NCBI GenBank assembly: GCA_002421805.1
Contig: DISM01000006.1
Location: forward strand, 199,182-263,181
Origin: Candidatus Omnitrophica bacterium UBA6210
GTDB lineage: Bacteria > Omnitrophota > Gorgyraeia > Velamenicoccales > Velamenicoccaceae
Direction of reading: 5' to 3'
DNA: 64,000 nt
Position 1 is the stretch's first letter, and every line of letters starts with the position of its first letter. The notes under the pieces were generated by a model. The model was not told the origin of the DNA. It did no database searches and worked only from the letters and a program-made list of their open reading frames with translations. The position numbers and the translations under genes are program-made. This document shows, in pieces, positions 55,956-64,000 of the stretch.

Positions 55956-56433
55956 ATATCTTGTCGTTCCCGTTTTGGTCCTCCTGGAATTTGCGTGGCA
56001 CCGGCTCCTGGGCATTCCCTGGCTTTTGTTTGACCCTTTGCTGGCCGCCGCCATGGTCTATACTTTTTTACATCATCTGGACGCGCGGGGTTGCGTGGGT
56101 TACGCGTTGTGGTGCGGTTTTTGGAGGGATGCCTTCGGGATGGATGTTTTCGGTATTTATATGATGTCTTATGTCCTGACGGTCTTTGGCGTGGCCTTCA
56201 TGGTCCGCGTGCTCTATCGCCATAACTGGATGTTTGTTTTTCCGGTGGTTTTCGCGGGCCAGATATTGAACAATCACCTGGTTTTTTTCTTGCGTCCTTT
56301 CCTGGGCGGCGGCCCTATGGTGTCATACGCCCGTTTCTTTGGCCGGACGTTCCTGCAGGCGTTCGGCACGACACTTCTCGGCTATCCATTCTTTTTCTTG
56401 TTTAAAAAATGCGAACCCGAATTTACGGAATAG
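55948..56433 (+). CDS. mreD: rod shape-determining protein MreD
   Basis: Small polytopic membrane protein between mreC and mrdA, overlapping both. Confidence 0.75.
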   Translation: MIKYLVVPVLVLLEFAWHRLLGIPWLLFDPLLAAAMVYTFLHHLDARGCVGYALWCGFWRDAFGMDVFGIYMMSYVLTVFGVAFMVRVLYRHNWMFVFPVVFAGQILNNHLVFFLRPFLGGGPMVSYARFFGRTFLQAFGTTLLGYPFFFLFKKCEPEFTE

Positions 56434-58124
56434 CGCTTCTGGCCTGTTTTTTTCTTTTGCTTTGCGGCCTTTTGGTCGTCCAACTGGTCGGCGGCGGCCG
56501 CTATTATGAATTGAGCCTGAGGAATACGATCCGTCTTATTCCGGAAGAGCCCTACAGGGGCCGGATCCTGGACCGCAACCAGCAGGTGATCGTGGATAAT
56601 GTGCTGTCGTTCGACGCCGTCATCATGCCCCAGGAATTGAAAGACAAGAACGACGTTTTCGCCCGCCTGGCGCCGTTATTGTCTTTGGCGCCTTCGGATA
56701 TCGCCGAACGCTACGCCAAGGGCTATCTCAATCCGTTCACGCCCGTAGTCATCGCCGAGGGGATTTTAAAATCAACGGCCATCATGCTGGAAGAGAAAAA
56801 GCTGGACCTTCAGGGCATCGCGGTCGAGCTCAACAGCCGCCGGTCTTATCCCTTCGGGACGACGGCGGCCCATGTGCTGGGTTATTTGGGAGAGATCGAC
56901 AAGAGCCGTATCACACGGCTCAAGGAATACGGTTATGATATCAAGGACAACGTCGGATACAGCGGTGTTGAAGAGCGGCTGGATATTTATATGCGGGGCC
57001 AGAAAGGCGGCCGACAGATCGAAGTGGATAACAGGGGCCGCCAGGTCAGGCTCCTGGGGTATAAACCGCCCGTTGCCGGCGAAGATGTAACGCTGACGAT
57101 CGATCTGGAGTTGCAGCAGATCGCGGATAATCTTTTGCAGGGCAGGAAGGGCGCCGTGATCGTCATGGACGTCCGGACGGGAGAAGTCCTGGTGCTCAGC
57201 AGCGCTCCCGCCTTCGATCCGAATGTGTTCGTGGACCGCCGCGACCGCCGCGCCATGAATTATTACCTGACCAGCGATGACGCGCCGCTGTTCAACCGCG
57301 TGACGAGCGGCCAGTTCCCGCCGGGGTCCATTTTCAAGGTCGTCACGGCGTCCGCCGCGCTTGAGGCCGGCAAGGGCGTTTCGCTTGTCACGACATATGT
57401 CTGCAACGGCCAGATGAAGATCGGCAACCGTTTTTTCAAGTGCTGGTCGACGCATGGCGCGCAGGACTTTAATGCCGCCATGGCCCATTCCTGCGACGTT
57501 TATTTTTATCAGCTGGGTTTGACGGCCGGCCCGGATCTCCTGTCGCATATGGCGCAGGAGTTCGGTCTTTCCCAGCCGACCGGGATAGATCTGACCCATG
57601 AGGCGCCGGGTTTTATCCCTAGCCGCCTTTGGAAGCGCCTGACGAAATTCGAGGGATGGTACGATGGCGATACGGCGAATTTTTCGATCGGTCAGGGATT
57701 TGTCCTTGTGACGCCGCTGCAGCTGACGCGCATGATGGCGGCCGTCGGCAACGGCGGATATCTGCCCGAACCTCATGTGACCAAGGCCATTGCGGGCAAA
57801 GATGTGCCGCCGTCCGCGCCGAGACCCGTCAAGATATCCAGGGAGCACCTGGATATGGTGCGCAAGGCGCTGCGCTATCCTGTTTCGCTTGAGAGCGGGA
57901 CGGCGCACGTCCTGGAGATCCCCGGCTTTGAGATATGCGCCAAGACAGGGACGGCCCAGGTGCACGGTCAAGAGTCGCACGGATGGGTGGCCGGATTTTT
58001 TCCATTGAGCGAACCCCGCTATGCCTTCTGCGTGCTCCTGGAGAATGTCGGCAGCAGCCATTATGCCTGTGCCCTGGCGCACGATCTGTTCGAAGAGGCC
58101 AAGAAAAGAGGAAAACTGTCATGA
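56409..58124 (+). CDS. mrdA: penicillin-binding protein 2 (elongasome transpeptidase)
   Basis: TM, PBP dimer domain, and the SIFK, SCD and KTGT motifs. Confidence 0.92.
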   Translation: MRTRIYGIALLACFFLLLCGLLVVQLVGGGRYYELSLRNTIRLIPEEPYRGRILDRNQQVIVDNVLSFDAVIMPQELKDKNDVFARLAPLLSLAPSDIAERYAKGYLNPFTPVVIAEGILKSTAIMLEEKKLDLQGIAVELNSRRSYPFGTTAAHVLGYLGEIDKSRITRLKEYGYDIKDNVGYSGVEERLDIYMRGQKGGRQIEVDNRGRQVRLLGYKPPVAGEDVTLTIDLELQQIADNLLQGRKGAVIVMDVRTGEVLVLSSAPAFDPNVFVDRRDRRAMNYYLTSDDAPLFNRVTSGQFPPGSIFKVVTASAALEAGKGVSLVTTYVCNGQMKIGNRFFKCWSTHGAQDFNAAMAHSCDVYFYQLGLTAGPDLLSHMAQEFGLSQPTGIDLTHEAPGFIPSRLWKRLTKFEGWYDGDTANFSIGQGFVLVTPLQLTRMMAAVGNGGYLPEPHVTKAIAGKDVPPSAPRPVKISREHLDMVRKALRYPVSLESGTAHVLEIPGFEICAKTGTAQVHGQESHGWVAGFFPLSEPRYAFCVLLENVGSSHYACALAHDLFEEAKKRGKLS

Positions 58125-59221
58125 TCACGGCCAGGCCGCAAAAGGTCATTGTTATTATCGTCTTTCTGATCCTCTTTTTCGGCCTTCTCTGTCTTTACTC
58201 GAGTTGCCATCAGAAGGGGGAGTTCGTCAGAAAAGATATTTTTGTCAAACAGCTTTTATGGGTAGGCGTGGGCTGGGGGGTTTTGCTTCTGGCTTCCCGC
58301 CATGACTACAGGTCGCTCAAGGGGTGGGGCGCGCCTTTATACGTCGTCAGCCTGGGTACGCTGGCCCACGTTCTTTTTACCGGCAGGGCGATCATGGGCG
58401 CCCAACGCTGGATATCTCTGGGAGAATTCTCTTTTCAGCCGTCGGAGTTGGGGAAGTTTGCGCTTATTCTGGTGCTGGCTGCCTATTTCAGCATCAAGAC
58501 GGGCCAGGACCTGCAGGCCCAGCCGCGGTCGCTGGGATGTTTCAGGAGCCTGCTCTTGCCGCTGGGCATTACGCTTTTGCCGACGGGGATGGTCCTTCTG
58601 CAGCCCGATCTGGGCACAGCGATCGTTTACCTTTTCATTTTTGCTTCGATTGCTTTTTTGGCCGAGGTCCGTCTGCGCTACCTGGTGAGCGCAGCCATTG
58701 CAGGCCTGGCATCTCTGCCGCTCTTTTGGCATGTACTAAAAGATTATCAAAGATCGCGTCTCTTGGTTTTTTTAAATCCGAACATCGACCCTCTGGGCGC
58801 CGGTTATACGATCATCCAGTCGAAGATCGCTATCGGGTCCGGCCGTTTCTTCGGAAAAGGCTGGATGAGCGGCACCCAAAGCCAACTTAATTTTCTGGCG
58901 GAACGGCATACGGATTTCATCTTTTCCGTGTGGGGGGAGGAGTGGGGATTTTTTGGCAGCGTGTTTCTCGTGGTTATGTATGCGATCCTTGTCGTCATGA
59001 TCCTGAGGGTCGCCGCGCTGTCGCGCGATATCTACGGCCGCCTCCTGGCGGCGGGTGTGGCCGCGCTCATCTTTTTTCACGCGTTCATCAATATTGCGAT
59101 GAATATCGGCATGTCTCCTGTCGTGGGCCTGCCCTTGACGTTCATGAGTTATGGCGGCTCGTCTTTGGTCATCAATATGGCGGCGATCGGGATCGTCTTG
59201 AACATCGCCAGGCAGAAATAG
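58121..59221 (+). CDS. rodA: SEDS-family peptidoglycan glycosyltransferase RodA
   Basis: SEDS motifs (QPSELGK, LQPDLGT, PLTFMSYGGSS). ATGA overlap with mrdA. The ORF-track start at 57935 is an in-frame read-back. Confidence 0.92.
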   Translation: MITARPQKVIVIIVFLILFFGLLCLYSSCHQKGEFVRKDIFVKQLLWVGVGWGVLLLASRHDYRSLKGWGAPLYVVSLGTLAHVLFTGRAIMGAQRWISLGEFSFQPSELGKFALILVLAAYFSIKTGQDLQAQPRSLGCFRSLLLPLGITLLPTGMVLLQPDLGTAIVYLFIFASIAFLAEVRLRYLVSAAIAGLASLPLFWHVLKDYQRSRLLVFLNPNIDPLGAGYTIIQSKIAIGSGRFFGKGWMSGTQSQLNFLAERHTDFIFSVWGEEWGFFGSVFLVVMYAILVVMILRVAALSRDIYGRLLAAGVAALIFFHAFINIAMNIGMSPVVGLPLTFMSYGGSSLVINMAAIGIVLNIARQK

Positions 59222-59223
59222 CC

Positions 59224-59251
59224 GTAAGCTATAAGCTTTAAGTCTTAAGCC
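59224..59251. repeat. heptamer-phased TAAG tract just after the rodA stop
   Basis: TAAG at 59225, 59232, 59239 and 59246, in exact 7-nt phase. It shares agtcttaagc with 21498-21507. Confidence 0.65.
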
Positions 59252-59327
59252 AGGGCAAAAACAAACACAACAAGAATTCGACTCCAAGTTTCAAGCGAAC
59301 ACGTAAACGAACGCCCCACGCAAGCCC

Positions 59328-61052
59328 ATGATTCAATCCGTAAAACTCGATAAAGAACTTTTGCTTTCGGTCATGAAGCCTGCTAGATACATCGGGGGAG
59401 AGACCGGCTGCGCCAACAAAGATTTTTCCGCGGTTGATGTCCGTGTCTGCCTGGCCTTTCCTGATATCTATGAGATCGGCATGAGCCATCTGGGTTTGAG
59501 GATCCTTTATGATATCGTCAATAAACAGCCGTGGTGCGCCGCCGACAGGGTGTTCAGTCCCTGGGTGGACATGGAGGAGAAGCTCAAGGTGCTTGGGATC
59601 CCGCTGTTCGGCCTGGAATCGCAGATGCCGGTCAAGGCGTTCGACATTTTAGGGTTCTCGCTCCAGTACGAATTGAGCTATGCGAATGTGCTGAATATCC
59701 TTGCTTTGAGCGGCATCCCTTTGGAGTCGCGCCAACGCGACGGAAGCTGGCCCCTGGTGATCGCCGGCGGGGTCTGTTGTCTTAATCCGGAACCCCTGGC
59801 GGATTTCGTCGATCTCTTCGTCATCGGCGAGGCCGAGGAAGTCCTCGTCGAGATACTCAAGATTTACCGCGCCGCCAAGAAGAGCCGGCTTGATAAGAGG
59901 CGGATGCTCGTGACATTGTCGCGTCTCAAGGGCGTTTACATCCCCGCCTTGTATCGTGGGGTCGCCAAAGACGGGGCACTGGAACCCTCATGCCGGGAGA
60001 GGGTGCCGAGGAGGATCGTTAAAAGATTTGTCCGGGACCTCGAGCGCGCCGTGGATTTTTCTTACTGGATCGTTCCTTCCATCGAGATCGTGCACGACCG
60101 TATCGGTATCGAGGTCATGCGGGGGTGCCCCCATGGCTGCCGGTTTTGCCAGGCCTACGCATCATTTTATCCTCTGCGTCTTTTGCGCAAGGAGAAAGTC
60201 CTTGCGATGGCCCGCCGGCTTTATCGTATGACCGGCTATGAAGAAATATCCCTTCTGTCTTTGTCGAGTTCGGACCACCCGCAGCTAAAAGAGATCGTCG
60301 AGGCGCTGGTCGCTGAATTCAGGGATAAAGGCGTGAGTATCTCGCTGCCGTCCCTGCGCGCCTCCAGCCTTGTCGGGGAACTTTCCCATGTCTTTGCAAC
60401 GATGCGCAAGACGACCCTGACATTCGCTCCCGAGGCCGGCAGCCAGAGGCTGAGGGACATCCTGGGAAAGAAGCTCAAACCCGAGGACATCTTCGATGCG
60501 GCCCGCCAGGCCTTCCGGGCGGGTTACAGGACGCTTAAGCTGTATTTCATGATCGGCCTTCCGACGGAAACGGAGGAGGACCTGCGCGACATCGTTTCTT
60601 TCTGTTTGGCCATGTCTTCTTTGAAAAAAGAAGTGGATGGGCATCCGGCACGGCTCAATGTGACCATATCGAATTTTGTGCCCAAGCCCCATACGCCGTT
60701 CGAGAGGGCCGCCATGTGCAGCGTCGGCGACCTGGCCGCAAAACAGGAGTTCTTAAAGAAGGCCCTGGGGCATAAGAGGGGATTGATCCAGCTGAAATTT
60801 TATGACCCACACATGAGCTGGCTCGAATCGGTCCTGGCGCAGGGAGGCCGGGAATGCGGCCGGGCCATCGCCGCTGCCCGGGCCTCCGGGGCCAGATTTG
60901 ACGCCTGGAGCGACCAATTCAATCCTGCCATCTGGAGAGAAGCCTTGTCCGTCCATCATGTCGATGCGGCTTTGTTGACGGCAGGCAAACAAGGATCTTT
61001 CGTCCTGCCGTGGGCCTTTATCGGGACCGGCGTTCCTGCCTCGCACACCTAA
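59328..61052 (+). CDS. radical SAM protein (large B12-binding-like N-domain type, function unknown)
   Basis: CPHGCRFC (CxxxCxxC) cluster at about aa 260, in a 574-aa protein. Confidence 0.85.
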   Translation: MIQSVKLDKELLLSVMKPARYIGGETGCANKDFSAVDVRVCLAFPDIYEIGMSHLGLRILYDIVNKQPWCAADRVFSPWVDMEEKLKVLGIPLFGLESQMPVKAFDILGFSLQYELSYANVLNILALSGIPLESRQRDGSWPLVIAGGVCCLNPEPLADFVDLFVIGEAEEVLVEILKIYRAAKKSRLDKRRMLVTLSRLKGVYIPALYRGVAKDGALEPSCRERVPRRIVKRFVRDLERAVDFSYWIVPSIEIVHDRIGIEVMRGCPHGCRFCQAYASFYPLRLLRKEKVLAMARRLYRMTGYEEISLLSLSSSDHPQLKEIVEALVAEFRDKGVSISLPSLRASSLVGELSHVFATMRKTTLTFAPEAGSQRLRDILGKKLKPEDIFDAARQAFRAGYRTLKLYFMIGLPTETEEDLRDIVSFCLAMSSLKKEVDGHPARLNVTISNFVPKPHTPFERAAMCSVGDLAAKQEFLKKALGHKRGLIQLKFYDPHMSWLESVLAQGGRECGRAIAAARASGARFDAWSDQFNPAIWREALSVHHVDAALLTAGKQGSFVLPWAFIGTGVPASHT

Positions 61053-61215
61053 AACACCCGCACGTCTTTTTTATTCCTCAAAGCCGGCCGTGGCCTATTT
61101 TTCGGCCTTTCGGTGAAGGAAAACGTTGACGCGCCGCGCTAATTATGTTACCTTATATTACATAAATATTTACAGCAAGAAGTTAAGACCTCATGGGTTA
61201 AAATGGAGAGAGGCC

Positions 61216-62589
61216 ATGGCCAATTTAACTAAGAAACTATCGATCGCATCCAGATCCCTCAGGCCGCAGCTCATCATTGCATTCTGCCTCATGTCCATCA
61301 TCCCCATCCTGGCGCTTTTGAATTTTGTTTTTCCCAGCCTTCTGCCGAAAAATTACCTGGCTATCATCATTTTTGCCATCGTTATCATGTCCCTTTTGGG
61401 GTTTATCGTCGTCAAGCGCATCGTCGACCCCATCATCGAGATCAATTCCGAGGTCAAGGTCATTGCCTCCGGCGAGCTCAGCCACCAGATCAACATCTCC
61501 CGCGAGGACGAGATCGGCGAACTGAGCCATTCCCTGAACCAGATGACACAACGTATCAAGAACAATATGGACGAGCTCAAGATCTACGGCGAACGCACCA
61601 AGGACATCAATCTCCAGATCAACCGCCAGGTGATCGCCCTGAACGGCCTTTTGCAGATCAGCAACTTGATCACAAAGAACGCCCATCTCAAGGATGTCTA
61701 CGAAGTTACAATCTCCAAGCTCGCCCAGATGGCGAATTCGTCTTTGGCGATCCTGATCTTCAAGAAGGATGAAGGGTTCGAGGTCTCGGCACAGTACGGC
61801 CTCGGGGAGGAGACGGTCAGCTGTCTGATGATGGCCTCTAATAGCGGTTTATTGTTCCATTTGTTGGCGGCTTCCAAGCCGTTCCTGAAGGTGGACGATA
61901 CGACCCAGGGCGGCATCAGCGAAGAATTCATGAAGCTTCTGGGCGCGCGCAACCTCCTGGTATATCCGATCCTGATGCAGGGAAAACCTCACGGGATCAT
62001 CGCGATCGGCAACATGCTCGATAAATTCAAGTATTCCAATGACGACGTCGAGTTGATGAGCATTTTTGCCAAGCAGCTGTCGATCGCCGTCGAGAATGAT
62101 TTCCTGACGCAGAAAGTCCGGGATCTGGAGGTCAAGGACGCCCTGACAGGGCTTTTCAACAAGCGCTATATCACGGTCAGGTTTGAGGAAGAGATCATGC
62201 GCGCCATCTCCCTGCAGGAGCCGTGTTCTTTTGTGGCCGTTGTGGTGAATAACATGCAGGAGTACCGCAAGGCTTACGGCGACGCGGCTGCGGACGATGT
62301 CCTGGTGAGGGTCGCGGCATTGCTGAAATCTTCCATCCGCGAGATCGACCGGGCGGCCCGCCTGGATGAAGGCGTGTTCGGCATCGTCCTGCCTCAGAAA
62401 AACAAACGCCAGGCCGAGCACGTGGCTGAACAGTTCAAAGACAAGCTCCGGGCGGCGTTCCAGGGCGCCGATATGAAGAAGAAGGTACAGTTCGGCTTCA
62501 GTATTGTTGAGAACCCTATCGACGGCGCCGACTCCCTCACGCTGTTGCGCAAGGCCATGGAATTATCGGGAGCAGGGATCACCCTGTAG
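61216..62589 (+). CDS. membrane-anchored HAMP-GAF-GGDEF protein with a degenerate active site
   Basis: Two TM helices with a roughly 7-aa outer loop, a HAMP domain (DEIGELSHSLNQM) and a GAF domain. The GGDEF fold begins DALTGLFNKRY but reads REID-RAARL-DEGVF at the RxxD-x5-GG[DE]EF position. The start follows a GGAGAGAGG RBS. Confidence 0.85.
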   Translation: MANLTKKLSIASRSLRPQLIIAFCLMSIIPILALLNFVFPSLLPKNYLAIIIFAIVIMSLLGFIVVKRIVDPIIEINSEVKVIASGELSHQINISREDEIGELSHSLNQMTQRIKNNMDELKIYGERTKDINLQINRQVIALNGLLQISNLITKNAHLKDVYEVTISKLAQMANSSLAILIFKKDEGFEVSAQYGLGEETVSCLMMASNSGLLFHLLAASKPFLKVDDTTQGGISEEFMKLLGARNLLVYPILMQGKPHGIIAIGNMLDKFKYSNDDVELMSIFAKQLSIAVENDFLTQKVRDLEVKDALTGLFNKRYITVRFEEEIMRAISLQEPCSFVAVVVNNMQEYRKAYGDAAADDVLVRVAALLKSSIREIDRAARLDEGVFGIVLPQKNKRQAEHVAEQFKDKLRAAFQGADMKKKVQFGFSIVENPIDGADSLTLLRKAMELSGAGITL

Positions 62590-62638
62590 CCTTTTGCCGG
62601 GTTTCCTTTTTTGAGGGACGGGGATAGAAGGGCAGGAA

Positions 62639-63091
62639 ATGACGTCATCTTTCAAGAGAGTCACAACGAAACAACTGGGTGAGCTCCTCATCGAGAGGAA
62701 GATCATCACCGCCGAGCAACTGCAGAAGGCGCTGGAATATCAACGCGTCAATGGCGGGCTGGTCGGCGAAATCCTTGTCCAGCTGGGTTTCTCCAGAGAG
62801 GAAGATATCGCCCAGGTGCTGACGGCGCAATACGGTTTTCCCTATCTGCCCCTGATCAATTACGATATTGATACGGAGGTCGCGCGCGTCATCCCCGAGC
62901 AGGTTGCACGTCAGTATTGTCTGATCCCGATCGATAAGATCGGCAATAACCTTACCGTCGCCATGTCGAACCCTCTCAACACGCAGGCCATCGAAGACGT
63001 GGAAATGATCACTCAGTGCGTGGTCCAGGCGTTCGTCAGCACCACGACTGACATTAAGAAGGCCATTGAAAGAAGCTACGCTAAGAAGTAA
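62639..63091 (+). CDS. stand-alone T2SSE_N/MshEN-type domain protein
   Basis: QLGELLIERKIITAEQLQKALEYQ-RVNGG-LVGEILVQLGFSREEDIAQVLTAQ, then FPYLPL... and ...LTVAMSNPLN. 150 aa. Confidence 0.8.
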   Translation: MTSSFKRVTTKQLGELLIERKIITAEQLQKALEYQRVNGGLVGEILVQLGFSREEDIAQVLTAQYGFPYLPLINYDIDTEVARVIPEQVARQYCLIPIDKIGNNLTVAMSNPLNTQAIEDVEMITQCVVQAFVSTTTDIKKAIERSYAKK

Positions 63092-63106
63092 GTTCCCGGT
63101 TGAAAG

Positions 63107-63241
63107 AAACCCTAAACCTTAAATCCTAAACTCTAAACAAAAATTAAATCCAAAACTCAAACACCAAGATTGTTGGGCCGGCGCCATTTTGAGTTTCAGG
63201 TTTTGAGTTTGTTTGGGGTTTAGAGTTTCGAGTTTAGGGTT
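63107..63241. repeat. long imperfect inverted repeat built from CTAAAC-type and GTTTAG-type heptamers, followed by a T-run
   Basis: aaaccctaaac (63107-63117) is the exact complement of gtttagggttt (63231-63241). aaactctaaac also has an exact partner. GTTT occurs at 63211, 63218, 63225, 63232 and 63239. ttttatttttt follows. Confidence 0.75.
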
Positions 63242-63265
63242 TTATTTTTTATCAGAGGAATGAAA

Positions 63266-64000
63266 ATGAGTTCGCTGCGAGAGCGCCTGCAGGACATCCT
63301 CATTAAAAACAAGCTGATATCCGAAGACGACCTCAAGCTGGCCCTGCAGGTCCAGAAAGAGCATGGCGGCAGCCTGAGCGATTGCCTGGTGAAGCTGAAC
63401 CTTATCGGCGAGAAAGACCTGCTTGTGGCGCTCAGCGAAGGCCTCGGGTTCCCGCCGATCTCTCTGGCGCGTTTCAAGATCGAACCCGAGATCCTCAAGC
63501 TTATCCCTAAGGACATGGCCAAGCATTACCAGATCGTCCCCGTCGCCAAAATGGGGCATACGCTGACCGTGGCCATGGCCGACCCCCTGAACATATTTGC
63601 TATTGATGACGTCAAGGCCTTGACAGGTTTTGAGATCAATCCCATCATTGCCGACCAGAAGGAGATCCTGCAGACCATCGAGAAATATTATGAGGAGCCG
63701 GCGACCCAGGTCTTGGATGAGATCATCAAGGACATCTCGGACATGGATATCGAGGTGGTCCGCGCCTCGCGTGAGGGCGGGCTCGATGCCCAGGAGCTCG
63801 TGCGCCTGACAAAAGAGGCGCCGGTCATCAAGATCACGAATCTGCTTTTGGAAAAGGGCATCGAGATGAATGCCAGCGATATCCTGATCGAGCCCTGGGA
63901 GCGCTCCATGCGCGTGCGCGTGCGCGTGGACGGGATGCTGCGTGAGATCGAGGGCCCGCCGCTGAAGTTCCATGCGCCGATCGTTTCGCGCATCAAGGTC
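63266..64000 (+). CDS. pilB: type IV pilus assembly ATPase PilB / GspE family, N-terminal 245 codons (3' end outside window)
   Basis: My own translation gives MSSLRERLQDILIKNKLISEDDLKLALQVQKEHGGSLSDCLVKL... (T2SSE_N), then ...APVIKITNLLLEKGIEMNASDILIEPWERSMRVRVRVDGML. There is no stop before the window end. The AGAGG RBS lies 7 nt upstream. Confidence 0.88.
   Translation, partial: MSSLRERLQDILIKNKLISEDDLKLALQVQKEHGGSLSDCLVKLNLIGEKDLLVALSEGLGFPPISLARFKIEPEILKLIPKDMAKHYQIVPVAKMGHTLTVAMADPLNIFAIDDVKALTGFEINPIIADQKEILQTIEKYYEEPATQVLDEIIKDISDMDIEVVRASREGGLDAQELVRLTKEAPVIKITNLLLEKGIEMNASDILIEPWERSMRVRVRVDGMLREIEGPPLKFHAPIVSRIKV

Noticed and set aside
56772-58082. A 436-aa ORF on the - strand, antisense to mrdA
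   Set aside because: It is an antisense shadow of a well-supported PBP2 gene, with no motifs. The same applies to 3447-4493, 17624-18688, 35579-36703, 47125-48153, 34439-35440 and 63242-63973.

Overview
This window is a conserved chromosomal core region from a moderately GC-rich bacterium. I cannot assign a lineage from the sequence alone. All but two genes are on the + strand, and many are linked by 4-nt ATGA overlaps.

Gene order:
- rpsO' (fragment), pnp, ftsK, rodZ, rimO, pgsA, pgpA
- an orphan PilB/GspE-like ATPase core followed by a separate MshEN-type N-domain gene
- thpR and pncC on the - strand
- FMN riboswitch, ribBA, ribH, nusB, PHP phosphoesterase, ribD, ribE
- tRNA-Pro(CGG)
- acyP, a metallophosphoesterase, ligA, a lipoprotein, an MBL hydrolase, xerD, a cca-family gene, rbfA, nrnA, truB, ribF
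- the dcw cluster: mraZ, PilZ, rsmH, ftsL, ftsI, murE, murF, mraY, murD, ftsW, murG, MA-peptidase, murC, murB, ddl, ftsQ, ftsA
- yggS, proC, mtnP, ileS, a dksA-like gene, lspA, lgt, rluD, aroA
- mreB, mreC, mreD, mrdA, rodA
- a radical-SAM gene
- a HAMP-GAF-degenerate-GGDEF gene, a free MshEN protein, and pilB' (runs off the window end)

I saw no rRNA, CRISPR array, transposase, prophage or recognisable defence genes.

Observations worth a second look:
1. There is a c-di-GMP receptor theme with no evidently active cyclase. It comprises a PilZ gene inside the dcw cluster, a catalytically degenerate GGDEF that keeps its I-site, and two stand-alone MshEN-type N-domain proteins. One of these sits after a PilB-like ATPase core that lacks its own N-domain.
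2. The dcw cluster carries two extra translationally coupled genes (PilZ and a secreted HExxH peptidase). It ends at ftsA with no ftsZ before yggS.
3. A family of strictly 7-nt (once 8-nt) phased degenerate repeat tracts sits just after stop codons. Two of them form long inverted CCCTAAA/TTTAGGG-like hairpin elements, and one lies inside the yggS coding sequence.
4. There are several strongly structured spacers and one 21-nt exact inverted repeat pair.

All functional interpretations of these points are inference from motifs read by eye. No database searches were run.
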